Shown here one piece after another: positions 48,738 through 61,830 of a stretch of DNA of 64,000 nt. The notes beneath the pieces are model-generated. The model was not told the origin of the DNA. It did not search any database and saw only the letters and a program-made list of their open reading frames with translations. Source of the stretch: Paraspadella gotoi. Lineage: Eukaryota; Animalia; Chaetognatha. Position 1 is the stretch's first letter, and each line of letters opens with the position of its first letter. The stretch is from assembly GCA_051294375.1 (NCBI GenBank), contig CM119268.1, positions 20,068,531 to 20,132,530 of the forward strand, in the 5' to 3' direction. The position numbers were made by a program, and so were the translations under genes.

Positions 48738-49537
48738 TTTTTTAAAATCGATTTTTTTCAAAAATTAACTTTCTCCTTAAAGATTTAATAGTAAAAGTTT
48801 TCCGATTGATCTGAAACTTAAAGACTGTTAATTTGAAAGAAAATATTACCTCTCTTAAAATATTAAAGAGATATGTTGATTGTACAGTTTTTTATTGGGG
48901 TTTGAAAAAAGGTATTTTTTTCTCTTTTTGACAATTTCAAAATGCCATATCTCGGCCTTGGGTGATCTAATTTACAAATATTTATATATTTAGAATCCTT
49001 GTCTTAATATTTTTTTATAATAATAAAAAAATTTGAAATTTGATAAAGTATTAATAAATACCTTTTTTAAAGTAATATCTTAAAATAATATCAATTTGAA
49101 AATAAAGTTAAAAAATTCTCCAAATAAGCTTAAGTTAAAGCTGTATACTAAGCAATTGTTATGCACTTAAAACAATAAAAAAAATACTTACCTAGTAAGG
49201 AGAAATTTAGTAATGTAGAAAAATATTGAAATATGCAAATGAGATTATGCTAATTTTAAGTTAAATTTTTGAGACCACCAGCAGATAAAGTATGCTTTGG
49301 CTATTTTATGGTTAAAAAAATCAATCAAGTTCTCTGCATATTTTAGGTATAAATGACAATTGAATTTTGTTATTAAAATTTTGACCTGTGACAAAATTTT
49401 TTTTGAGATGAGAGCTACCGAAGGCCCATCTAAGACAGTAATATAAAATCATAATATTCACTAATATAATAGTTATGACTGATTAAAAAAATGACACATC
49501 TAAAATATTTCCCTTAGTAAATGCTAATAAAACTGTA

Positions 49538-49663
49538 TTCCAACCTTCTGATTCCAGGCCCTTGGTCTAGCTGAAGATTGCTCCCCTCCCTCCACTGGAA
49601 GCAGTGCAGGGTGGGTTACAATCTGGGGGGCATGTAGTCGGGCATTGCCTAGGTTCACCCCGC
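49538..49663 (+). mobile_element. Family T internal end, PPT and first 31 nt of the 3' LTR
   Basis: gggggg-ca directly before tgtagtcgggcattgcctaggttcaccccgc (49633), identical to the start of the 22135 LTR. Confidence 0.8.
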
Positions 49664-51249
49664 GCTAAAGCAAATATTGTAAAAAAAAATTTAGGGTGCT
49701 GAGCGCAATTTTTGGAATTTTTAAAAATCCGTCCAATGGGGACACAAACTAACCTTTCTGCATCCATTACTCATAGCTGAGCTGATTCCAACTCCTAGTT
49801 TGAGAGATATCTACTCCCACCAGTTTATCGAGTAAAGATAAAAGGAGCTGTATTTAACCATAATTTTTAACTAATAATCTAACTTCTTAATCCTTTACCT
49901 AATCTTTAAACTCTAAACACTTACTTTGTTTCTGAATTTAAACGGGAACCACGACCCCAAAAACAACTACGAGGACGACCGACCGACCGACCTTCCTCGC
50001 CTCGCCAGCGACACCTAGCGGTGGATCGTATTGGTTCGGTCCGGGCGTCTGCTCCGGAGGTTTCCCTCCTCTGGGTTCGGTGAAGGAGAGAGAGGCGACG
50101 GTCGGGGCGGATCCAACGTTGTAGTCCTCTTGGTCGTAGGTGCCTACAGGGAGTTGAGGTTAGTGGAGCGGGAGAGTGATAAGTTAAAACAAGTTTGAGC
50201 AAACAATGTCGGATCTGCTTACGATAATTAAGCGGTAATAAGTAAGGGGTGAACTTAGGCAAAGATTTTTTTTTAAATAGGTAATAGACAATTCTTTGGT
50301 TTACTTAGTAGTTAACTGAATAAAAGTAGGCAATTTTTAATTGAGGAAAGGATCTTTAAAACTAAGATATAACTGATGAACTTATGATCTAATTTGCTAA
50401 GATTTAAAAGGGAAAGGTTATCTTTAATAATTTGAAGCCAAATGATATTAAATTAAATATTGTTGTCTAATTGTATTCTATTGTAGTCTAACCTTGTGTT
50501 GTATACATGCTCCCTCTATTTCCAGAAGACAACACTGACCTCCCCCTCCCAAAATGAGTTATTAGATATAATAAGCAAATAATATTTTTAAAAAGTAATA
50601 AATAATAAATAATATAGTTTAAATCGTAAAACATTCATAAAATATAAAAATGTAAGATAGTGAAACAAAATAGGATATTTTTTGTTATTAATTTTTAAAC
50701 AAAATATTTATCAAATATAAAACTTTAATTTGCTCACATTGAAATTCAATTAGTTTTAGCCAAAATATTTTTAATGAAAGATAAAAATTTTATAAAAAAA
50801 AATTAATAGCTAAAAATATGTTTGGTGTTTGGTATTTGGTGTTTGGTGACAGGGGTTGGAGTCTATTATATAGTTGTTTTTAATTAAGATAAACATTTTT
50901 CAGTATGTTCAAGAATGTCATTTTTTACTTTGAGTTAAAATCTTTGTTAATGATGAAAAAAATAGAAGAATTTTTTTAGATTTTTTTTATTTGAAAATCA
51001 TATCCATAGGATATTTACTTTCCATATCGAGCTCGAATTTTTTAATATAATCAGCTAGGGAGTATTGAGTAATCCATATCATATTCTGCAAAGAATTCTA
51101 ATTAGCTTTGTCATTTTAAATAAGATACAAAACATTTTTTGGCGACTTGAGTCTTGTGTACATTTTTACATCATCTTTGAAAAAGGTTTTAATCTTGTCA
51201 ATCATATCAGGATACAACTGAATACGTTACATTGCAAATATCTTTAAAT

Positions 51250-52150
51250 GTATTGTTTTGACGGTCGTGGCGGCCGACGCGAGCGTTCCCGCGCGGAATA
51301 AAAGTTCAACGTCCGCGGAGTCACCGGCGGACGACATCGCGATCGAGACGGCCCAAATAATAGGGAAAAGTTTTACAACTGATTCAGTCGCGAAAAAGGG
51401 GGACAATTAGTCTCAGTCTTATTTTTAACTTTAGCAATTTTTTAGAGAGAGAAAAGTCGTTGCCTCAAGAACGTTCAACGTTTTTACCTCGCCGTTGGGG
51501 TTTATTTGAATTGATTTTATACTCACGTTTTTATATTTTAATCTCGAAATTAAGAACTAATTTCACACCTCGTTTCGATGTAACAAACATTTTATCTCCG
51601 TTCCTCGTCGCCAAATTGTTTGTTGATAAATAAACTTACCAACCTGTTCGAAAAACTGAACGTTATTTTAAATAAGAACTAAAAAGTCAGCCAACGTGAT
51701 CGAAACTACAGAGGCACAAACATTAAAAACGACGTTCTAAGAAAAATTCGATCGCGTAACGAAATTGAAAACGTTCGGCGCTTCAAAGAAATCTTTCGCC
51801 GCGAATGTTAATGACTGTGAAATGAAATCACGTTGTTGCTTCGAAAATTAATTGCGCTACGGCCTAAAACTCGATGCCGGGGACCCATGAAACCCCTCGG
51901 CAGAAATCACATAGAACTTTGACGCCAATGCAAAAGAAATATTCGAAACTTCAGCGACGACGACGTCTTTCTCCCTCGACGTTTCATCGTTGCGCGACGA
52001 CGAGCGATGCCAGAGAGAAGAGGATCGTCGAGATTGGCTCCGCTCCTCCTCCTCTGATTCCGTTCAAGACGTTGGCTGCACACTACAACGGCTGGAGTGC
52101 GGCGCCCGCGGTTCTGCATCTCAGCACTGCGGAGGACATCGCCCGGCATT
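51250..52150 (+). mobile_element. Possible LTR-element leader and gag fragment
   Basis: CpG-rich leader followed by FKTLAAHYNGWSAAPAVLHL, resembling the gypsy gag F...A..NGW motif. Confidence 0.35.
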
Positions 52151-52253
52151 AAGATAATATTGATTCGAATTGAATTATAAGATTATGAATATATGAATGA
52201 AACTATAATTTGATTGTCCTTTCCTTGTTTTTCCATTCCCCTGTCAGATCCTC

Positions 52254-52890
52254 ATGGCTTCAGGACATTCTTCCCTTCGCCGGTCGGCTCGACTTCAGCC
52301 TGTCGAGGAGCTGAGGGTCGCCCATCAGGCACTGGCTGAGGAACTGAGTCAGGTGGAGAATGAAGATAAACAACCTTCCTGTGCGCCTCGGAGCCGGGTT
52401 ATGACCGCTCTGGGACTGCTGGGAAGGACAAGTGTGACAACATGGAGTTCTGACTGAGTTAAGGCAAACCGTGATGAAGTAAGTGCGGCAAGTGCTACAC
52501 TGAATGCATGGGAAAGCCTGATACAATCACGAGGATTGCCTAGAAGTCCCAACTATGGCCCACCCCCTAAGTCCTTCTTCCCTGAACCTGCTGGTGGAAC
52601 TTTGGATGTCCCTCCCACTCAAGATGTAGTTAAGCCTAAGGTGATAATCACCAATCCTGGTCAGGATGATGAAGGGCAGCTACAAAGGGAGGAGGAGGTT
52701 GATCCAGAGTCAGGATTGCCCCCAAATGGAGCTGCTGGGCGGGCTCAAAGCTGCCTTAGTAGGAACACTAAGGGACGATCCACTCACTCAAGCAGAAGGC
52801 CTCGGAGTAAGAGAGATGAGGGCTCGGTCAGGTCTGGTTCTTCTAATTGTTCAAGTAGAAGCTCTCGTTCTGGAATGGAATGGAACAGGC
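52254..52890 (+). pseudogene. Possible BEL/Pao-like gag N-terminus (one in-frame stop)
   Basis: ORFs 52254-52457 and 52536-52928 share a frame; LRRSARL start and an S/R-rich SVRSGSSNCSSRSSRS tract. Confidence 0.35.
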
Positions 52891-54940
52891 TTGTTATTAC
52901 TTTACTATTGTTAATGAACATTTGTTAATTCGTTGATTAATTAATTAATTATTTTTTTTTATTGTTGCATTTTGCATATGGATATTACACGAGCTAATTA
53001 GCCTATGGAATATCTATATGCTTGCTTTCAATCAAGCCTCTCTCACAGACTTGTTAATTCACTCCCAGTGAACCTGGCTTCCCTATCAATGAAGTTAGAT
53101 AGACAAGTTATCTGGTCGTTTATAATGTTATTTTAAAATTTTTACATTTACTGATAGGAAATGATGTCAATATTGTTGATGTAACATTTCAAATCAATCG
53201 ACCCACGCGTTGAAAAATAATCTACAAAAAAATGGTCATTTCATGCCCAATTTTTAAAACAAATCCTGCGTTCGTTAAATTTTCTTTGGTTCCACTTAAA
53301 TTTTTAGCTTTTGCCGAGTGACTTCATTGGTAATAAAAAAATGATTTTCTTTGATATCTTTTGAACCAAAAAAGATAGAACGATGAGACTGGTATCATAT
53401 TAAAGCCATAATTATGGGGCATCTTTTCCATATAATTTTTCTCAAATATTTCCACGGATTTTTTAAAAATCTGGATCGGAATCTTAGTCAAAAGTATAAC
53501 AACTTTTGAAATTAAATTAAGCACATTGCTGTATTTAAAAAAAATTAATAAATATAGATTCTGAAAGAGAAAAGATTGAATTATGTTTCTGATATAAACA
53601 AAAATTTTACTATACCTCAATGTTTATATAATACTAAGAATAATGAATGATCATTTTGTTGAAAACAAAAAAATTAACAAATTCATGAAGGAACCTTAAA
53701 AACACATATTAAATATGAAAATTTAGGAGTTCAAACTTTGTTCCGGCTGATTAAAAACTACTGACATAGGGCTAAAAGGCTATATTATCAGATTTTTAAA
53801 TTTTTGTCATCTTCAGGTGCAAATTAAAACCTTTGCATAATGCCCATTAGCTAACTGGAAGATGGGTATCTAGCTAAAGGTAGGTTCGAACTAGTCTCTC
53901 ATCAGGGAAAAGAGGTAGAAGGTAAGGATATATTGGTAAAGGTTAAATAGCTACAACAAGAGAACAAGGGTACATAAAAGGGAGAGAAGGGAGAGGAAGG
54001 TTCGCAGACCCCGAGACCAGAGGAGAAGTTGAGAGAGTAAGTCCGATCTCCAAGACTCCATCCGTGACTCCGGGATGAAGAGGAGGGGACGACGAGGGGA
54101 GGAGGAGGCGTTGAGAGGGGGAAGAGAAGGCCCGGGGGAGAGAGAGGTTCTGGTGATAGGGTGAGCCTCTATCTTGCTATATTAATATAACTATTTTTTA
54201 TTTAAAAAAGCATAACAATCTTTTAATAACACGCAAATGCATGTAGCTGTATGGTAAAATTGTTGTTTTTTTTTTTTTTATAATACAAGGTTTTATCAAT
54301 AAAGGGTAAATTGCAAAGAAAATAAGTTATTTCAAGGCTCCATATTGATACTATGATATCAATGAATTTTCTTTGTTCCGGCAACGAAATGTACCTAAGA
54401 CATTGTAGTTTCATTAGCTAATCTTTATTTTTATAATTTTAAAGGGCATGTTTGGCAAAAACAGTAAGAAACAAAAATGACAACAAATTTTGAGAAAAAA
54501 ATTGACTTATACAGTAAATACCGCAAAATAAAAAAAATTTAAAAGAATTCAGACCAAGCGTCGTGTTTATTTTCAGTATTTTTTAGTCAAAGACCTTTAT
54601 GGATTTTCTTGTTCCGGCGGCGTTGGATACCCAAACACTGCAGTTTCCGAAATCATCCATGGTTTTGTAATATTTACTGCGCTACTGGTGCAAAAATTGC
54701 TAGGAACCAAAATTATCAGAAACCGCTTCGTTCTTTCGGATTTTTTTTTAAGCGCGGAGCGACATATCTAATAAAGTGGTAACTGGTATAAAATTTCAAA
54801 GAATGTTTCAATTGTATGAAAAGACCACTCCTTTAAGTATTAGATCGGGGAATACTATATGTACTCCGCACTAGCATCAAATACAAGGAGCTGAATTTTA
54901 TGAAATTGGTACAACCAATATTAAAAATTATCCATCCAAT

Positions 54941-55090
54941 ATAGCAGTCCCTGAGCTTCGGATCAGGCTGTAACACCATGTTACAGTCGGGTTAAGCGCC
55001 CCGTCCCTCTTAACTGCTAGGCAGCCACCAGGCTAGACCCCGGACCTTTGGTTGGGAGGCGAATGACTTGCCTCCGGCACCAATGGCCGC
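54941..55090 (-). mobile_element. tRNA-Gly(CCC)-like SINE with an intact head
   Basis: GCGGCCA...TCGCCTCCCAA...GGTCCGGGGTCTAGCCTGG TGGCTGC; acceptor stem still pairs. Confidence 0.7.
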
Positions 55091-55549
55091 TGATGAACGG
55101 TTGGTGGATTTTAGTCCACCATAATCTCTCAGTTAAAAAAAAATTGATCAACAATTTAGTCCACTATAATATTAAAATTTAGATATAGCTTCCCATCAAA
55201 AAAGTATTTTAAAATCACACGTTTCTTATTGATTTAAGTATTTTTGTATTAATTTTTTCTTCAATATGATTTACTGCAATATGAAAATTAGATTATAGTA
55301 CTTTATATACTAATTTTTTATATTTATAGAATATAATTTGCTTATTGCAGTAGATCATAATGCAAAAGAAATTCAAATAAAAAATATTTGATTCCATATG
55401 AAACATTACAATTACAAAGATCTTAAAAATGAAAAGCCATATGTTAACTTTTAACTTACTATGATCGCACCTTTTTAAAAAAATCCAACGTAATTTGTAG
55501 CAGTTTTTATTAAAAAAAAAATTGTAAACCCCAGACAAAACTATATAAG

Positions 55550-56047
55550 AACAAGTTTGAGCAAGCAATGTCGGATCTGCCCACGATCATTATCGTAATT
55601 ATTAATAATTAATTCAAGTTAATTATTATTTCATTATTATCATTATTATTTGATTAATTAATATATCTTGCATTTACATTTAATATAAAAAGAATTTTTT
55701 TTTAATTTTTATTTATTTATTTTTCCATTTAAACTCATTTCAACTTGCACGATTCCATCGAAACTTGATTTCCAACTCAATCACACACTTCCCTACCAGT
55801 ACCCACACACATAATTTCATTCCAATCCATCCATCCAATCACGAGTAATTGGAGTTTTTTGCTAAGGTGGGACGGACGGATGGACAGACAGGCGGACAGA
55901 CAGACATTGTTTTTTTTTTGCAAAATTTATCATAATTCGATATCTGACATGATATATGTGAATGCCCGACAAGATTGAGGGGCGGACCGACGGACTGACA
56001 AAGTGAATTAATGAGGCGGGATCTGCTGAGAGCATATCCGACTAAAA
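55550..56047 (-). mobile_element. Complete short H1 copy
   Basis: Both sub-TIRs, GACR microsatellite and one central repeat unit. Confidence 0.8.
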
Positions 56048-58934
56048 AGCGCGGAATAAATGGAGATAATAAAGTTTTTAGAAGAAAAAAATAATCAGAA
56101 TTTTTAAAAAAAACGCACGATCACGCAAGAGATCGTACAGAGAAGAGAGAGAGTAGCTGGACAGACGCTACAAAGCCGGAACTCGTTTACTCGTTGCCTA
56201 GAGACTGAGATGAAATCTAGGTCAAGACGATCGAACTTTATTTACAACGAAGGTTGTCCCGCCAACGAGACACATTTTTAGGTCACTCGTTTATATCGGT
56301 TATCCGTTGCCAAGCAACCCCTTCGTGATCTAGGTCAAGTTGATTTTTTTTATACACGTAACATTTTCGTTGCTATTGAAACGCATTATAGGTCATATAT
56401 TCCTCAACATTCTTTACTTGTTGCCCCTAGGTCAAGTAAGGTAATGTTATATTTTGTAACATGGTGTTACAGCCTGATCCGAAGCTCAGGGACTGCTTAT
56501 ATTGAACGGTTCTGTCATTAACACTTATCAATAATTACTGTCTCTTCACTATGATCGCACACTTTTATAAAACTTCAGCGTTATTCATAATAATTTTTAT
56601 TTAAAAAAAATGGTAAGTCCTAGCCAAAACTATAAAAGCGTAGGAGTTTTTATATAAAAAGCGTGACGCTGACGACAACGCGACAACGCCGACGACGTCA
56701 AGAAGAAGCGACAGGCCGTCTTGGCGAGAAAAAATATTGGAAACCGCTTCGTTCTTTCGGATTTTTTTTCTGAGCGTGGAGTTTCTTTTTTCGGTTCAAG
56801 ACGCGCGAGTCGAACCTCAGAATGTATTTTGTCGCAAATTCGATCGAGGCGGCCTCCCTTAACTCCTTGGTCGTCGTTGCATGGCGTGGTTTCCGTGCTC
56901 ATCTTCCAAAGTTTTATTTGTTTGGTTTCCATGGCGCTATTATCTGCTCTGCAGTTCTGCCACTGCTGCCGCTGCGTTAACTCCGAGCCGAAGCTGCACT
57001 CGTCAGCTGAATCAAGATAAACAGGAAAAAAAGAACATCGGTTTGCTAGTATAATGACGAAAAAATATTTTCCTTTAGTTTCTTTTTAAATAAAAATTTC
57101 ATTCTTCTCTCCTTTATTTTATGTTAAATAAAAATTTCGCGATAATAACTGGGCTATTTCACTTTAACCTGACCGTTTGATATGTAAATGACTAAATACA
57201 AGAAAAAGAAAAATTTTGCGAGCCCTTCAGACATATGGCTATCGGATTCCTGAATTCGAAGTTTATTGTAAAATGACAACATACCTTAAATGCGTTGACA
57301 TTGTATAGAAATTGAGAAATCCCTTTTATTTTATATATAAAAATCGCGTCGAAAATATTTTCCCGAGTGGACCAGTCCATTTGAATCTGATGGTTTGATG
57401 TCAAAATGATGGTTATTTGTCAGAGAAAAAAAATGCGAGCCCTTCAGACGTAACAGGATCGGAATCGACTGTTTTTACATCTATTTTTACCTGAATTTTT
57501 CCCAGGAGCGTTGACATTATTTGGTAGTCAGATTTTAACGAAAATCTCCATTGAAAAAGTCTTCCTCGATTTCTAAGAACGACGTAGACTCCTATACATA
57601 TAAATAAAAACTTATTTTTTTGTGATTACTGATGACTATAATGTATTTCTCGATATATAGCTCTAATACATCAATGATTACGTATTGTTATGCTGAATGA
57701 CCTTTCCTCTTAAACCAACTTGCTTGGTTAAATGATAAGACCTTAATAAAATANNNNNNNNNNNNNNNNNNNNNNNNNNNNNNNNNNNNNNNNNNNNNNN
57801 NNNNNNNNNNNNNNNNNNNNNNNNNNNNNNNNNNNNNNNNNNNNNNNNNNNNNATATTCACTTAGCAACGAAAAGAGAGAAAATAATACAATCTGGTTGT
57901 TAAAAAGTTCTAGGCAAGAAGTTAAAACACGGTAAGGGATAATTTAGAAGGGGAGAGTTAAACAATTAGTCTCGTTACTCTGTTGGTTTTCCAGTCATGA
58001 ACAAAATCTTCAGTTAAATAGATGGTAAAGAAATTTGATCTACAATGAATCTGCATTGGATTTGAAGAGTTGCAGCCTTAACGACTACAATAATATTGAA
58101 TTAAAAATTTGATTAGCAANNNNNNNNNNNNNNNNNNNNNNNNNNNNNNNNNNNNNNNNNNNNNNNNNNNNNNNNNNNNNNNNNNNNNNNNNNNNNNNNN
58201 NNNNNNNNNNNNNNNNNNNNNNNNNNNNNNNNNNNNNNNNNNNNNNNNNNNNNNNNNNNNNNNNNNNNNNNNNNNNNNNNNNNNNNNNNNNNNNNNNNNN
58301 NNNNNNNNNNNNNNNNNNNNNNNNNNNNNNNNNNNNNNNNNNNNNNNNNNNNNNNNNNNNNNNNNNNNNNNNNNNNNNNNNNNNNNNNNNNNNNNNNNNN
58401 NNNNNNNNNNNNNNNNNNNNNNNNNNNNNNNNNNNNNNNNNNNNNNNNNNNNNNNNNNNNNNNNNNNNNNNNNNNNNNNNNNNNNNNNNNNNNNNNNNNN
58501 NNNNNNNNNNNNNNNNNNNNNNNNNNNNNNNNNNNNNNNNNNNNNNNNNNNNNNNNNNNNNNNGCCTATTTTGAAGTTGATTTGAATGACCCTTTTTCTT
58601 AACAAAGATTTTATCTACAAAAAATAAACAATTCGAGCAACGTTGGATGACTTACAAGTCAATAGTTCTATGCAATAACAAATATATACTATGTCGCCAA
58701 TTAAATTAAACATAATAAAAACAAGGATCCGGTATTCAAAAATTCGAGTCCAATTCAAAGCCAGGTAAATTTACCGAATCTTGACCGGAACCTAAATTAA
58801 ATTAATCAGGTCAGCAACACGAGCAGCAGAGCAAATAAACAGTTCCAATAAATGACAAACTCGGTTTTCGTCTTAACCTTACTATCAATCAATATCCGAC
58901 CTGTTACGACAGCTCCTTAGCTGCCTGGGCTGAT

Positions 58935-61830
58935 CTAACCAAGCACGATCAAGGGGGGAGGCGGAGGTTGCTTGCGAGGTCGCCCGCGCTTCCGTGGTTG
59001 AGGTGCTTCTGCCCCTTGGGTTGAAGGCACTCCCCCCTCCACCTGCTGACTGCCCAGAGGAGCTTGCGCTGGTTCAGTTGCAGCATCATCGTGCTGCTTC
59101 AGTGACCTGAGCTGTTTCATCAGCTGCTGCATCGTCTCCATCTGCTCTAAAAGCCCACCAAACCCGTCCGGTCTCGCGTTGAAGGGCGCTTCCTGATGCT
59201 TGTCCAAAGGACTACCTCCCGGACCAAACCCATCTGTAGGAAGAGTCTGGGTGATGATTGCCATGCTTCCTTGGTACTGTATCATTAAACAACAAGGACC
59301 AAAATCTCCTTACTTTAATACTCTTCATGCATTCTTCTGGCATCAAATCTCTGACAAGATGATGTGAGGCCGGTTAAAATCCATGGGTGTTTCGTCTGGG
59401 AAGTCCTCCTCTGCCCTGTCAAGCCTGCTGCCAACCCTAAGGGTGCCGGCATGATCAACAAAGGGGCTCAGCTTCCTCAACGGAGAACACCCTGACGCGC
59501 ATCTCTCGTCTTCATATTAGCCTCCAAAATTGATAACTTCTTCACTTCCGCAGAGAATGATTTCTGCTTGACGCATGAGAATCCGACCACAGTGTCACTT
59601 GAGTCCATTCCCCCATCGAGTTTGCTTGTGTCAATTGATTGTTAGAGGTCGACTGCCACTAAAGCGCAAGCAGTTAGTTCAAGGCGTGAAGCGTCTCCTC
59701 TACTGCCTTATTTCTTTGGTTAATGGGAGCTACCCTTACCGCGACGTCAAAGAAAGCCACATGGACATTTCCCTGGTAGCAGATCGGACATAGCCCACTG
59801 CACCATATGCTTCAGTGGAGGCATCGCCAAACAGGTGGAGCTGCCTGTCAAACACATACTCCAAACCCAATGGGGAGGATATGACTCCTGATCCGCACTG
59901 ACTCAATGCTACTCAGGGACTCTCTCCACTCTACAAAATTTTTGAAATTCATCTTCAGGGACAGGATCATCCCAGTACACCCTTTCTCGCAAAAACGCTG
60001 AAGAATGCGTCTGGCAAAGAGGGAAGGGGAGAGACAATCCCCAGAGGGTCGTAGAGGTATGCAACAACCTCTAACAACTGCCTCTTGGTCTTGACCAATT
60101 CCCCTCCTTAAGGTGACCGACCTTAAAGACAAAATTATCTATCCCTCGAAGGCTACGCCGAGGGCTTTGCCCACCAGCTCGTCAGGATCCTGGACCTCCT
60201 CAGGACCTGACGGCCCACAATCGCCAATGGCACGCCGAACCTCGGGATGATTGGATCGCCACTTGCAGTTAGACCAAAGCCTCCAGCAGCAAACAATCCC
60301 GTCAGTTCTTGTGAAGTTCGTATTGCATCTTGGACAGAATTCTGTCTATACATAATGTCATCCACATAAAGGTCCCGTTTAACCGCTTCAATCGATGAAG
60401 ATTGGCCAAATACTTAACAACAAAAGCGCATGCAGATGGGGAAGGCTTCAATCCAAACACTGTCACCATGTCCTTCAGGATCCTGGGTTGAAAAACTTCA
60501 GAATTATGCCAAAATGCAAATCTTAGGGCCTCGGACTTTGCAGCAGCCTTTCTGCCCCCTTTCCATGGAAGAGCCACACGAAAATGACCATCAAATAATT
60601 CGATCGAATTTCTGAAGATCTTTTCTGCTTCAATGTCTTCATGGGATTGACCTTCTCCTTCATGAGGGGAATCTCCAAAATCCCACCTGAAAAAACGGTC
60701 TAGCCGACGAGTCAGTCCAGGGTGATAAAGGCCAGGATCAGATCCCCTTCCAGTCACTACCCAACCCCACAAGGTGTGTAGAGATATGTCCCCCTTTTTC
60801 CCCCCCATTTATTTGTTTGCCTTTTGTTATTACCGTTTCTGCCGATAGATGCCTCTTTTCTTTTCTTTAGGAAATTACACTCCTTTTTTCTTTTCTTACC
60901 AGATATACTAGGCCCATGTAGATTCTTAGGACTTTTCCGCCCATCATCAAACTGCCTTTTACGAGGCTACTAGGACGCCCTCATGTCACCATCCGTCACT
61001 TTTGATACCGTTCACAGACAGTGATGCCACGGCCATAGAGCCCACGACGAGACCACACTCCAAGAGACTTGTGGACGCACTTGTGGTCAGACTTTAGGCT
61101 CCGTCACAGACTCGTGGACGGACTCGTGGCCCACTACATTCGGCCACACGTGGGTGACGATAGCCCCGCCGATTACTCCTTCATCAGGGTGAGCCGACGT
61201 TTTCGGCGCACGCGCAACGGCGCTGGACGCGGCCACACCCACTTTTGGAGACGTCAGCGAGGGACGCCGAGGACGGCGGTCCTCCGTAACAGCACGACGG
61301 CGGCGAAGCAGAGGCGGCTACACGAGCACACGGCAAGTGTTCGTACAAGGTGTGCAATGCTTTAAGTCCGGACTTGCTACCTCTTCGTAAGTTCACAATA
61401 GATCGACATTGATCTACTGGCTCACACTCAGGAGCTCATCGGAACAGCTTGGTGTTGATCATCTTCAATATCTTCCATATCAGATTCGCGTTGCGAGCTC
61501 CAGCCTTCTGCTTCAGAAGGCGGCCTTCCTAAACCAATATCAACTTTGCCATAATAAATGTGCCAGAGATCTGCACCGATTATCACATCAATTTCATTTA
61601 TGGAGATGTGGATACTTAGAAATTCTGCAATCTTAAGAATTTGGGCACCGATGGCCTGCGCTCGGCATATGCCGCCGACCGACCAGGGATTCTAAATATG
61701 AGAATAGACTCTAAAACAAAGTCGACCTGATCTCTTTCATTAGTTTTAGTGGTGTCTAGAGTGGCCACCTGCATCTCCACAGAACGATTCTTCAAACCTA
61801 ACTCCTCTACCAGCCTCCTCGAACACATCG
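58935..61830 (-). pseudogene. pol: BEL/Pao pol remnant with serial internal deletions and an insertion at ~60810-61370
   Basis: TLWGWVVTG, GHFRVALPWK, VFGLKPSPS, YVDD (~60365), QLHLFGDASTEAYGAVGYVR, GTLRVGSRL; distal ORF with AT-hook RKRGRPRK. Confidence 0.85.

Larger units (their letters stand above)
44270..49537. repeat. Long inverted repeat pair: 44270-45045 plus 46527-46566 versus 48739-49537
   Basis: About 800 bp of high-identity reverse-complement match, e.g. cagttttattagcatttactaaggg / cccttagtaaatgctaataaaactg. Confidence 0.85.

Noticed and set aside
55018-55090. Functional tRNA-Gly gene
   Set aside because: D and T loops are degenerate and it is fused to a repeated SINE body
56630-57020. 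Possible host exon in a GC-richer patch
   Set aside because: No recognisable domain or partner exons; partly overlaps repeat sequence also seen at 54720-54760
58078-58605. ORFs spanning N runs (also 16608-17042 and 39-362)
   Set aside because: Assembly-gap artefacts
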